From the NCBI GenBank assembly GCA_977030845.1, contig OZ365111.1:13764001-13828000 (forward strand): a stretch of DNA of 64,000 nt, in the 5' to 3' direction. Shown piece by piece: positions 26,151-38,420 of this stretch. This stretch comes from Fimbriosthenelais zetlandica. Its lineage: Eukaryota. The position numbers and the translations under genes were made by a program. The notes under the pieces are model-generated. The model had not been told where the DNA came from, ran no database searches, and saw only the letters and a list, made by a program, of their open reading frames with translations. Numbering within the stretch: position 1 is the stretch's first letter; each line of letters starts with the position of its first letter.

Positions 26151-27949
26151 CTCCAGGAAGAAATTAGCTTCTAATTCTACAAGAGTATTTAGGTTCCCTG
26201 GCTGAAGAAAGAAAGAACTTCTTTGTTGTCGTTGGCATACAGTACTTCCTTAAAGCTTCGTATTTTCCTTTCGACAATTCTGAGAGCATATTCTGTACCA
26301 CACATCGAGCATGCAGGTGTAACCTTAGCATTTAATAACATTTTTCTTCAGATTCTACCGAAGACACTTTCTTTTGAAAAATCAGCAGTTCAGAAGACAG
26401 AATTATAAATATGAAAAGATTCTATGATGTGACGGTAAAATATTCATGCTTTGCTTTGAGGACAGTAATATACATTCTTTATCAGGGTATAACGAGATAA
26501 GATTCTATTTTGTCAACGTCAGAGTTGCCTTCTGAGGGACCAGGGTCTTTAACCCTCCCTTCAGACTCTGAACCTGACAGCTTTATGCTCTTAGAAGGAG
26601 ATCTAAACTCCTCCGGGAGAGCCCCAGAGATCTCTCTAAGTCAGAAGGCTGGGTCATTCAGCACTTCTCAATACTTGCAGAAGAGAGGCCTGTCATAAAA
26701 TAATATTTGATATGAGCTGTGTGCTCTGAGAGGGCACTTGGTAAATGGCAGCTGCCCGACCGTCTGCAGCAATCCAGTTACGTTTGGCCAAAGTGAGTAA
26801 TGCTTTCATTTCCATGTAGCTTGACATATAATATCACTGTATATCATTGGGAAGAAGTGGCGAGGCCATGAAAAATAGATCTGGGCGTTTGTGGTCTGGT
26901 CCCTTTGGAACTATGATGTACCTATAACACTTGGCCTTTGTGGTACGGAATAGAAGCATGCTTTATGACTGCTTTCTCTGCCTTCAGCACTTCTTGCCTC
27001 TAAACACTCTGGTTTAACTTCCGCATTAAAGGCGATAATTGGTGAAGGTAACCAGTAATAACAACAGATGGGTTTGGATGGATGGGACAGTTCGTTTAGT
27101 AGCAGATTTAATGACCAGTCTAGTAGATTTAATGACCAGATTTAATGATTTAATGAAGCAGGGTTGCCACAGACATCTGTAATTGAAATTCTATGACTTT
27201 GGCAGGATTTTCCAAAACCAAAACAGGGCAATTTTCAAAGATTTTCTTCACCTGTTTTTGTGAGCTGGTTTCCGGTTTTGAGAATGCCATGAGTGTTGGG
27301 AATATTGCTGCAGGCTTGTATTTATATATATAGTCGAAGGAATAAAAGCAAACAAATCGCGGATAACTTGTAATTTCTGTATTGGATCTTGCCACTCTTT
27401 TGGACATATCTTCTAAAATCAATTGATTCTACCGATTCTGGTAGTGCTAGGTTTCCAGAACAATAGTGAAGCATATCACTACGAGGAAGTTGTTGGGATT
27501 GCAGTCGTGTTCAAGGTTTAGTCCTCGTAGATGGACTTTTCTTGTCTCGCTACTTGAAGATGTACAGTTTGTTATCCTAGTGCCAACGTCACACCTAATG
27601 GTCATCACCGTCTCCATCTGTAAATAGACAAAACCAAGATCAGTCTTCAACAATGTAAAAAAAAACCTGAGTCAAAGTACGAGTGGAATAAGCCCTCAGA
27701 GAAATACTGATGACCGAAAAGATCTTTCAGATCTTCTGCTGGAATGTTCGAAAGAAAGGTCAATATTAGCCTAAACATTCCGAACATCTCTTGAAACAAA
27801 TCAAGGATCGATGTATGGGAAACTTCATCCTGAACACCCCGAAAAGCAGTATATACTCTAGCAGTATGTACTGTCTTTAAAAAGAAAAAAGACAGAGTAA
27901 AGACAGTGTTGCAAATTTATAGAAAAAGTGAAGATCTCAAGATGAAGTA

Positions 27950-28620
27950 AAGTTTGAAGTCACTCAATGATGAATGTATGTTAGGACAGAACATGCAGTC
28001 AATCCAAGGAGCAGCTCAGCGGATGACTCAGCTGATCAAAGAGCAGCTTAAGTGGCATAGATTCCTTGAACTCCCTATGTATACACTGGGGACAAACTCA
28101 GCCAACTGTTTTTATCACATTTAGCTCAGGGCTGATGTCTTGCGCTTAATAATTGATGGCATCCACAAGCATGGCACTGAGTCAGGTTATTTACCGTTTT
28201 CATCACATTAAACGACAAAAGAGTTCGCCAAGCGAGTTCCGTTACCAAAAGTTGTAATAGCTAGGTATTGGCAGGAATCGTGGCAGTTAGCAGAACTTTG
28301 AACTGGCCACGATTGCAGACGCTAGCTGTCCTGATAACAAAGGTCCACGCGACGCAAGTATTTGAACTAAATCACCTGTTATGCTTCAATTTGCGTCCAG
28401 TGCTTGTTGACATGCAATTGAATGTGTGACAAAAAGTGGCAATGAACAGCCAATTACTGAATAAATCTTCTTTTCTCTACAAAACTGTTACTTTAAGACA
28501 TGGCAAATTTCAACAACTGATGCAATGTAATCTTCTATTTTCAGATTTCTGGTTATTGATATCAAGGGCATATTTCAGTGGGAAAATCTGTCAGATTGGG
28601 TTAGGGGCGTTCATCGAAGT
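27950..28620 (+). mobile_element. Possible decayed YqaJ/lambda-exonuclease-like ORF of a DNA transposon
   Basis: Fragments QRMTQL...KWH, HGTES, DASCPDN, ELNH and QQLMQCNLLFSDFWL are colinear with the YqaJ motifs (..LWH, .G..E, GASPDG, EIKCP, Q.Q.Q.....WCDF). Weak, by-eye match. Confidence 0.3.
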
Positions 28621-30315
28621 GTGAAGGGAGTGTAGGAGTTATGTCCTTAACACCTGGCCTTGCTGTTATTTGCTAAATATCACAGGTGATTAGTTAGCCT
28701 TGCGTGTTGAACCCATGATGGCTGTTAGGGACACGTGTTATGTTGAGGAGAATTCATTTATGTCAGTACCAACTCAGACATTCTCTTTTAACCCTTTTCT
28801 CCCGGCCATTTTGTCTCAGTTCAGCAGGTAGTCCTGCTTCATTTCATTTAAAAGAGACTCAACAAAGGACTGCACACCACCAATGTTCTGTGCCTATCCA
28901 CTTGTTGGTTTTATTGGAAAAGCTGGGAGGCAATTAAACCATTCATCAGTTGTAACTACCATTTAGTTACAGTAATACAATATGGACATATACCGAATAT
29001 TTCTTTGGGGCCGATTTATAACAAGATTTATAACCTCAAAACGGGTTAATGTTTCAAATTATAATTCTTGAGTCCTGAGATTTCTTGCAAAAGGAGAGTT
29101 CTACATATTTTTTAAAAATAATATTTGAAGCATCAGACAACATCGTGTTCTTCAGATACGCAGTGGGGCTTATTGCTATCTTGGCCTTCGGGGAATATGC
29201 AAGTATCCTCGTTCAGTGAGAGTCCTCTTGGGATTGCTTTTGCTGTGCCATGGGAACACTAACGCCCCCGTAAACACCCAATCCATTATCTTTACTACAA
29301 ACGCCATCCATTATGTTTAATGCCAGAGAAAAGCTATAAACTAAACATGAACGGGATCGGAAATAGCATAGCAAAGCAATTTAATACCAGGACCGCCTCA
29401 GAGAATGAAGTCGTAAAAGCCATCTTTGGGAATTATTAAATCACTGATTTCCTTTGGTATGCCTGAATGGTTGGTGGCTGGGGTAGGATGAATATGGAGG
29501 ACAAGGAGGCTGGTAATGGCAAAGAGAGGAGCTTGGAGGACAATATAAAGAGCTCGAAGTGGATGGTAGATGAAGACGGAACTCACAGAAGTATATGAGG
29601 AAAGAGCAGAAGAATGGATGAATGAGAGGAAAGGAATGATCGCAAGGAAATAAAAAGACTCTTCGAAATTCCCAGGGCATAGCCTCCTGTTAGTTTTCCC
29701 CATTGATTCCCTGCTCATCACAAAACAAATCATCAATCAAAGTTTTGAATTGGAGGTTAATGAGTTGAATTTGTGGAAAAAATAAAAGAAACCAATCAAC
29801 CCAATTATGAGAATCAAGATTTCCTTATTATTGAAGAAATTTCAAAATATGATGTATAACATCTTAGGAAGGGATAATTTTAGGTGATAATCATAACTAG
29901 ATCTAAACACCAAGGTCACTTGTACACAAATCAAAAATAACCAAATGAGAAAGTAATTAATTTAATTATTGGTAATTCATTTTGGCAGTCCCTGAATGGC
30001 AGATAGCCTGGGGCTGTGACGTTGGGGGGTGGATTGGGGTAGGGGGTAGGATGTGTTTTAGGAGGGTGGGGGTGTTCCGGGTGGTGTTTGTGGCCTGTAT
30101 AAAACCGTGCGTGTAGACCTCTGGTCCCTCATGTCAACTCGCCTTATTTGGTCCCACCCCTTGCCCCATCGCCAAACATGCAAAGCTGCCAATCCTGGCC
30201 TGGCACCACTGAGAAGTCAATCCCATCAAGAGTACAGCCTGAGGCACGGGCACTAAACTAACCTTTCAACCATCCATTATATACCCCCTAAAACTTCATA
30301 TACACTCATGCTATT

Positions 30316-31534
30316 CCCCCTCTTGTATAACATCAGCGAGAGGAGGCTGCGAATTTTCGCAGAAAAAAAATTCGCAGGAAAAATCCTGCGAAAATTTCAG
30401 CGAGCCCTCGCTGGCCTGCCAGCGAGCGAAAACGCTTCCTGCGAAAAATGTTGCGAGAGAACTCCAGCGAGGAGTCCTGCGAGTTGAACATCAGCGAGAG
30501 AACATCAGCTGGCATATCACCAGCGAGAGGAGCCTGCGAAAATCTCTGCGAGAAAACCCTGCGAAAATCTCTGCGAGAAAACACTGCGAAAATCTCTGCG
30601 AGAAAACACTGCGAAAATCTCTGCGAGAAAACACTGCAAAAGCAGGGATTTTTGTCCATAGCAACAGCGAAATTGTCCATAGCAACAGCGAAAGCAGGGA
30701 TTTCTGTCCATAGCAACAGCGAAATTATCCATAGCAACTGCGAAATTCGCAGCGTTGAAACGGGTAATCAAAAAAGGTGTATGATTTTCTAGTCAGCCCA
30801 AAACTGACACAACGCCGTAAGAGGAAGGAATATTTATAAGACCTGTCATTCTTTATTAAAAACGGGATTTTAATCTGGCCATTTTATAACCATAGACTAA
30901 CGGTTATGTTTGGATTAGGCTATTTAAAATTGAAGCTGAGGCCACACCCCTCTTCTCAGCTTGTCCCTATGTAAATCAGCCTAGGCCTACAAGATTAGAT
31001 AACTTAATTATCTGATTAACAAAAGAGTGTTGCGTCAGGCGTGGTAGATAGTAGGAAGGATAGATTAGATAGAGGGGAACTGAGATTAGGCTACCCAGGA
31101 CTCGGTGAGTAAATCAGTAACCACGTAACAAAGGGAACTGTCCTACCGTTTTTTATATAGGGCGGGAACCTAGGGAGAGGTTACTGGTCCCAGCGCGAAA
31201 ATTCGCTGTAGCTATGGAAACAGCGAGCGGAGGCTGTGAATTTTCTCCTCTCGCTGCAGCGAGAGCAGGCTGCGAATTTTCTCCTCTCGCTGCAGCGAGA
31301 GCAAGCTGCGAATTTTCTCCTCTCGCTGCAGCGAGAGCAGGCTGCGAATTTTCGCAGCCCACCGCTCGCAGCGTCTACTCGCTGAGGGACGTCTCGTTAA
31401 CTCCAGCGATGCGAGGGATGTTATGCAAGCGGGAGTCAGCGAGGGCTCGCTGGACTTTTCGCAGGACTTGTGCTGCGAGAGATTTTTCTGCGAAAATTCG
31501 CAGCCTCCTCTCGCTGATGTTATACTACAGGGGG
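30316..31534. mobile_element. 1.2-kb non-autonomous foldback-type DNA transposon with long TIRs and subterminal repeat arrays
   Basis: Perfect 43-bp inverted repeat GTATAACATCAGCGAGAGGAGGCTGCGAATTTTCGCAGAAAAA (from 30325; partner ends 31525), extended after a 3-bp mismatch by CCCCCT/AGGGGG; ATT on both sides (30313-15, 31535-37). Internal 25-bp x4 array (30534-30638), TCCATAGCAAC x4 (about 30655-30740), 36-bp x3 array (31232-31339). Confidence 0.85.
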
Positions 31535-32993
31535 ATTGTTTTAAGACAATACTTGGGTGTGAACAAGCATAGAAAGATATGTAATTATTTAACGATATTA
31601 GAAGTGCTTGTCTGACTCTATAATACTCAACTGTCTGGCCCATAATATTTCATTTGTAAAGCATTTTTAAAACAAAGAAAAATGGCTGGAAAGTGCACAA
31701 AAGCCAATCCTGGCCTGGATTAAGCTTGGAGTAATTGTATAATACATTGTACCTGATGTTTAAACGGCAACTAAAGACTGAAGTCTTGTTTTGAAAAGGT
31801 TTAGGTCTAAAACGGGTTTTAACGTTATTATAGTGTCAATCTTCATCGTAATTACTTATACAGCCTGGGGGTATTGGGAGAATTAATCACAATGATTGCA
31901 CTAACTACTTGTTGAACTCGAGGTCACCAAGTATAGCATCTATAATCTATGTCCTAGTAACGTGGCCACGTGTATGGCATTGCTGGACCAAAACGGCTAG
32001 CCACGGTGTAAGCTATAAGCTCTATCCTACCCAGATTTATTTAATAGGCAATAGAAATGTTTCCCAATAGATTTGGTAATATGTGAAAAAAATGTCAGGC
32101 TACCAAAAACAATCTAGAAAATGCTCCTGGATACTGGAATATTAAGCTATGTAATCTGTATGTAATGCATTATAGAAACAGCTCTGACCCTTGTGGGACC
32201 CTTTGCCAATTTTTCTGTGAATACCCGTCTGAGATTGAATTCGATCAGTTATATTGGCATCTATATCGTTATCAGAATTGATTCTGAACTTTTTATTCAA
32301 TCTTCATAAATAATCTATGTAGAATTAATTATCATTCTACAACGGTCAGTAGAGTTTCCTTGTACATGCCGAATCAAAGGATTCGTTTAGATCAAGGAAT
32401 TTTGAGAGAAAATATACTATATATACAAAATAAGACCATCCACTAGTTTTCGAATAAAAAAGTTTGGGGTTCTGTTAAATAATCTCGCCAAACTTTTAGT
32501 ACTGAAGCTGGAGGTCCGTATACATGAGATGAACGCTTCAGATGGCTGGAGACAATAACCAGATATGTCCCAATGGCCTTTTACTTATCTCCGCCAACAG
32601 GCCTCCACAGTGAACCCCTTTCAATGCCTTACATACAGGCCTGCATCTCCATTTCCCTTTATTAGCCCCTCCACCTTGACAGTTTCAATGCAATGCCTTT
32701 AATTCAGAATGTCAGGAGAATGCTAAGTACCCTCATTAATTCATTAGAGGATCGTTTACAGATTGATGGTATACAACAATGGTGGGTAGTCCATTAAAAC
32801 AGTGCTCTTCTTGACAAAAAAATTGCCTGCCCCGACTGCTGCATTGTGTATAAAATATGTAAATTTGAATCCGCCTGAGACAAGGGTGCATACAGCCTAC
32901 TGTTCTCTATCTCTTAGTACAGGCGATAAAGAATCCAAGGTTGAATTTTTTTATGTATGAAACTACATACATATTATAGGTACGTTGAATATA

Positions 32994-33637
32994 GGGGAGA
33001 CCAAGGAGAGTTGTGCCAATTTTTCGATTTTGTGCAATATCTTTTCGCATATTCAACTTAGATGGAGAACTTTGTTACTATTATAAAGTAGTATTATTTT
33101 TTTGCAATATGGGCTGGGTAAATTAAATCCAAAGTCATTGGCTATCTCAGAATTGCCTCATATATAACACATGGTCAACTGGCTCAACTCTCCTTTGGAC
33201 TGAGGAGAGTTGAGCATGGCGTTAGATTTGCTTGGGGAGAGTTGAGCCATGTGCTGTAAATTATATTAAAAGTAATTAAAACTGAGGCTTGTGGTTATGT
33301 GGTTGGTAGAAGGGGCGTAGGGGTGATGAGGACCTTCCCAGGTCCTTTCTCTCTTTATTCTCCCATCTCTCCCTTTTCCCATTTCCCTCTCTTCTCTACT
33401 ATATCTTCTCTCCTGCTTCTCTCTTCTACTATACCTTTTTTCACCTATAGGCCTACCATTCTTCTCCATCCCAGGCACGGATTTATTGGGGTTTTGGGTT
33501 TTTATTGGGTTTAGAGATTTCTTAGGGTTGACCTAACCCTAACCTAACCCAAGGTTTTATGATTAAGGTTAACCCTAACCCAAAGCTTACCCTAGGGCTA
33601 ACGCTAACCCTAGGGTTAGGGTTAACTCTAGGGTTAA

Positions 33638-33671
<34 letters not shown>

Positions 33672-34364
33672 GGATAGGCCTAGTTTCTTCGCGTTCTAAT
33701 TTAATAATAGGCATGTCTCAATAGGGGAGACCCACTCCATCCACAACAAAGTATTTTTCTGCAGAGTGGATACTGTGACAACCCTAAACGGCTTCTGTTG
33801 CACGTTAGAGACCATTTACCATCCCAACAAGCTCTGATTTCCGTTTGCATTCTTGTGGCATTGTGTTAAAAAAGGACAACATATGCCTATTTAAGACATT
33901 GGCCACCTGGGAGCAATATATAGGAGAGATTTGACATGGTAGAGGAGAGTTGTGCCATGCTCAACTCTCCTCATGAAGAGTGGCTCAACTCTCCTAAAAC
34001 GGCCATTTTGGACAACAGTCATTGTTTTATTGCAACAGCTGTATAGAATTGGCTACAACCTATCATGGTAAAATGATGTTCTATAGACTACATTATGCAA
34101 CATTTACCATAGGGCTGAGCGTTGCCATGAGATGGAAATAAAGATCCAAACATGTACTTCTGAAATCCACTTTTAACTCACAATTTATGTTATATAGCCA
34201 CAGCTTTTTAATAATGATCCTACCGGTTTGCTTTCTTTTGCTAAAATGAAAGTATCAATTAGATGCACCATAGGGTGCCTTGGTGATTGCGACTCATTAC
34301 TATAAATAGTAGTTTTAGGGGGTGGCTCAACTCTCCGCGTGGCTCAACTCTCCTTGGTCTCCCC
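32994..34364. mobile_element. 1.37-kb non-autonomous TA-TSD DNA transposon (Tc1/mariner-pogo-like)
   Basis: TA|GGGGAGACCAAGGAGAGTTGTGCCA ... TGGCTCAACTCTCCTTGGTCTCCCC|TA (24/25 TIR match). The GGAGAGTTG(A/T)GC motif recurs internally in both orientations (about 33180-33250, 33940-34000, 34322-34352). No transposase ORF. Confidence 0.88.
33522..33671. repeat. Degenerate telomere-like (TTAGGG/CCCTAA) repeats in both orientations followed by (CT)n
   Basis: TTAGGG, CCTAACCCTAACCTAACCC, AACCCTAACCC, AACCCTAGGGTTAGGGTT at 33522-33638; CT microsatellite at 33639-33671. Confidence 0.8.
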
Positions 34365-35599
34365 TACTGATTGAAGAGAAACGAGAAGACTTCGAAGGGG
34401 TTGTCAGAGCAGCTTTAAAAAACCTTTTAAAGGTTCTTATTTAAATCCACACAAAAATATATCAGACATTTAGTATATAGCTGATTCAGCAACTATTCTA
34501 AGGCATCAGCATCTGTAGTTGCAGACCCGAAAAAGAGTATGGAATCATGATGTATAGAAGTCTCATGAGTAGGGAGAAATAGCACTGGGATTGCCCATTA
34601 AATAATATGAATCCCCAAACTTTCCAGACATATGGAAAAGTTGAAAAAACTGTCCTCCCGGAATTGAATGCTGCTTTGTGCGACAGAGAAAGGTGAGGGG
34701 TGGGAGACTGATAAATGGCCCTTCCCGGAGGGCGGAGTGACGAGTGTCGGAAGAGCGGATATGCGCAAAGGTTTAGTTGAATCACACTTCCGGCTATGGA
34801 ATTTACAACACCATTTACCGGCACTAGATGGCGTGTACTGCCTGACCCAGGCCATGAGTAGAAAATATGGCATGCTTGATTCAAGCAAGAACTTGCCATC
34901 GATCAGAATAAAGAATGCTTATTAATTCCAAACAAGTGGCTTGTCTTAGAAGAAGCCAACAATGATGATAACATATGGAGGGACGGACGGCAGTAATGGC
35001 AATTATTGTGAGTAATGGTGGCTGCAGTTTCTGTCAGAGTTAAGCTGAGAACTCGGCAGGCAAACGTCAGAAATTGCATCCCTGAAGAAATGCACTGACT
35101 TTATGGAGACAAAGTGAAGATTATATATGCACTCAAAGAGGTTGTTACCCCAAACCATTCATTTTAATAGACATCCAGATTCCTTATAAGTTATATATCT
35201 CATACAAACATCCCCTCATGTTAAACTTTCCTCTGACAAAAGTGTTTTTTTTAAAATCATAATCGATAAATCACCATAATGAGGGAATTTATGTAATTTA
35301 ATTCCAGGATAACATAGTTTGCATAAAACAGTACTCTGCACCAAGCACCATTCACACACCATATACGCGGGCGGAAAGCCATTGGAGAAGAGGTTATAGG
35401 GATCCTGTGAATCCCTGTCTACCGATAAAATTCCAATAAATGAACGTTATGCCTCACTAACGAGGTCGTTAGCTAAGTGTTACATTCAGTACCTCATGTT
35501 GGGGTGACTCAACGAAAACCGCTAGTAATGATATTGTATCACAATTTTCCGATGACCATCATTCATGAGATCTACAGGAGGTGAACTCAAAGGACGCAC

Positions 35600-37200
35600 C
35601 AAGAGGCAGGAATTTGCCTGAAATCTCTGAACGCTGCATAGCCAATAACTAGTCATGGCCATACCACAGACATAAACTTGGCGAGTTTAAAAATACTTAG
35701 GCTAAGTAGGTTTGTGATAACCTTTTGTCATCCCTAATGCCTTGCCATTAGCAAACACTGCATTGGCGATTTTATACAGTGGCATATAAAAAAGGACCTT
35801 CAGTCAAGTAAAACAATACCGGGGAATAACTAGTGGGGAAAAACCTGTGGCCTTTCCAGCACATATGGGTCGGGAAAAAGGCCATCATTAGAGCTGATAT
35901 ATGAGCGAGCACGACTTATTGCTCCATTCTGCCAATGGCAGAGCAGCTCGTTGGCCACTGCCCTGCCTTGTGTCATTTGCGCAGATGCTCGCTTTCCCTC
36001 CCCCACCCCCCCATAAAGTTATCTTCCATGAATAATGTATGGCTTCAGTTTGAGGCGCTGAAAACTTGGGGGAGGCTGAATACAAGTGGGTTACGCATAC
36101 ACAAATAGAGCTGGTGAATTGCGGAGTTCTGCTCGGCCGAGTGAATGAATGCATACGGAAGGTGGGAAATGTTGGAGGAGGGAGATATGAATCACACAAT
36201 CCCCATGTTATCCTACTGTGAGAGGGAGGGTAGTAAAAGCAGTTATTACACAAGGCCAGCTCAAAGGGCTTTATATTGGGAGTAGGGCATTACGAATCAG
36301 AACTGGAGGATGGCACGGGGTGCCATTGAGTATTGACTTTCACAAAAGAGTTGTATACAGTATTTTCTATTCCAAATGGACATTTTAGATTATTTATAGC
36401 TCTTTTGGACTGGGAGATCCAGAGAGTACAAAAGCCGTCCTATTCTCCACAATGAATAAAATAGAGAAATTAAGAAGGGTGCAGAATACCATCATCTTTA
36501 GAAAAAGAGCTCCTACAAAATGGCTAGTTCATAGATACAATCCTTGGGCTTGAGGAATATTTATTTACCAAGAAAATATTGGATTTGAAAAAATAGTTTG
36601 CCCGTCAAAGTCAATCAACAAAATCACATCGAAAAACGTGGATCATATTTAGTGGTCCCACCAATCTACCAATTTACTACCAACATGTCAAATAATTTCC
36701 ATGTTATGTGCCCACTGGGTACATATATTTACAACGAAGAAAATATTGGATTTAACAGTACAGTTTGAGTCCAGTTCATTCAACACATAAGCCGCTTACG
36801 GCATCATATTCTAAACACTTCCTTAAAAAAGCAACAAAACAGATAGCTTTCCTCACACTTTTTCCTCATCGAAGGCCCACAAGGCAAACACGTTCATCCT
36901 TAATTCATTTCTTTTGGGAGCTTGGCTAATATGTTCTTTTTTTTTTAAATCAGGAGCCGGGTGGTGGATTGATCACATGGGATTATCACATGTCACCAGT
37001 GATGAAGACAGACAAGGGACTAATTGTTTATGCCACCGGCTTCTCCACACTATGGGGTCACCATGGCAACTGGATGATAAGTGACTTCCATACTACAATG
37101 CTCGGAGCCTCCCCTCGTATCCGACCTCAGACGACCACTCCTCTAAAACGACCATGTGTGTTTGACCCTTAAAATACCCCGTGTACAGAAATAACTTCCC
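35600..37200 (+). mobile_element. Possible decayed Harbinger/ISL2EU-like DDE transposase plus YqaJ fragment
   Basis: HCIGDFIQ and NNTGE*LVGK...WVGK near 35750-35890 (cf. IDCTEIFIQ, HNT.K.LVGI, W.GR.SD); LWG.H and MLGASP near 37050-37110 (cf. WG..HE, LGASPDG). Weak, by-eye match. Confidence 0.3.
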
Positions 37201-37499
37201 CATGGAGTCACTTCTGGTCAGTCCCATTGTACTTTTCCATAGTTTGAGACAGTGTCTTAATAATATATGCAGCAATCTCCACACAGTTTAATGTTCGGAA
37301 TATATGGTACCTTCCTTATCAGTTTATCATTGAAAGATTTTCTTGCCTTAATAATTTGTCCAGTGTGGCACTTGACGAGCTTCAGGAACTGACAATACTG
37401 TCGTGGATAGGTTGCTATAATACGGCCTATAAATCACAGAATGAAACCGTGGGTGGGCTTGAAAGCAGACTGTATTCCCCCACCAAGAGCCAGCCATAT

Positions 37500-38420
37500 A
37501 TTTAGTCCTTCATACATACATCCTACCCACGCCCCCAACCTCCCCTCCCATATATAGTATGTCAGCAGGCGCAGAAGAAAGCTTTCTTCTGATACACACC
37601 TCCCTCCTGTGCCTCTATAAATCATCAAGACGAAATAAATAATGGACGATTTGGGGCCAACTGTGGAGTCATTTTTGTCAATAAATTCTTTCTTAGACTC
37701 CTCTTATACGACTTCGCTTCTCCCAATTGAGTGCTTGGCTAAATCGCTCCATCCGTCCATCCACAAGCCATGCTGTTTTTCTACTTTAACACATCTTTTA
37801 CTACTCATAAATATTTCAGTGAAATCTATGAGACAACCAGCCTCAGGTAGCTTGAGGAGAGGGCTAAAGTGAACGTTTTTTAATTGAGTAATTATTCAAA
37901 ATTCATTTCCAAGCCTGAAGTTGTTAATTATAAAACTCTGAAAGAGGAGACCCCATCGACATTGGTTAATTTCCTTATACTACTAGGAAGGAGGGTTAAG
38001 GTGAGACTTCCAAGTATGGTACTGGGGAAACTATTCTCTAGATAGGCATCCCCTGACGACCATTTATATGGAAAGGATGCTTTAACAAATCTGTAACATA
38101 TTCAATTTAAACATCTGCCTGCACTATAAGAGCCATCTTGCTTCCAAATTGTCAAACGTTAATCATTATTTCAGGAATGCAATCTCAAAAGATTTGATGC
38201 AATTTTTTAAGCCTGAAGGTGTTTCTATATAGATCAATACAAGTGTCCCCGAATCAGATTTGCCGACTACCTTGAACACCCTACGGTCATAAGAAGGTCG
38301 AAAAGTGACCAGTGCAAAATTCAATTGCCACAGATCAATTCTAAATCTGTCCCGGTGTGTCTGCTATATAGGTTGGTGAGCCAGGATGGAGCCAATGGAG
38401 GCTGAATAATGATAAATGGA
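37500..38420 (-). mobile_element. Decayed L1/Tx1-like LINE RT fragment
   Basis: TFDNLE (about 38140-38160), GRQG-frameshift-PLS-like (38040-38061) and SGLEMNFE (37892-37918) appear in RT order (AFD / RQGCPLSP / SGL.IN.EKS), but spacings are shorter than canonical. Confidence 0.35.

Noticed and set aside
30333-31643. Several 60-140 aa ORFs on both strands
   Set aside because: They are by-products of the repeat arrays of the TIR element.
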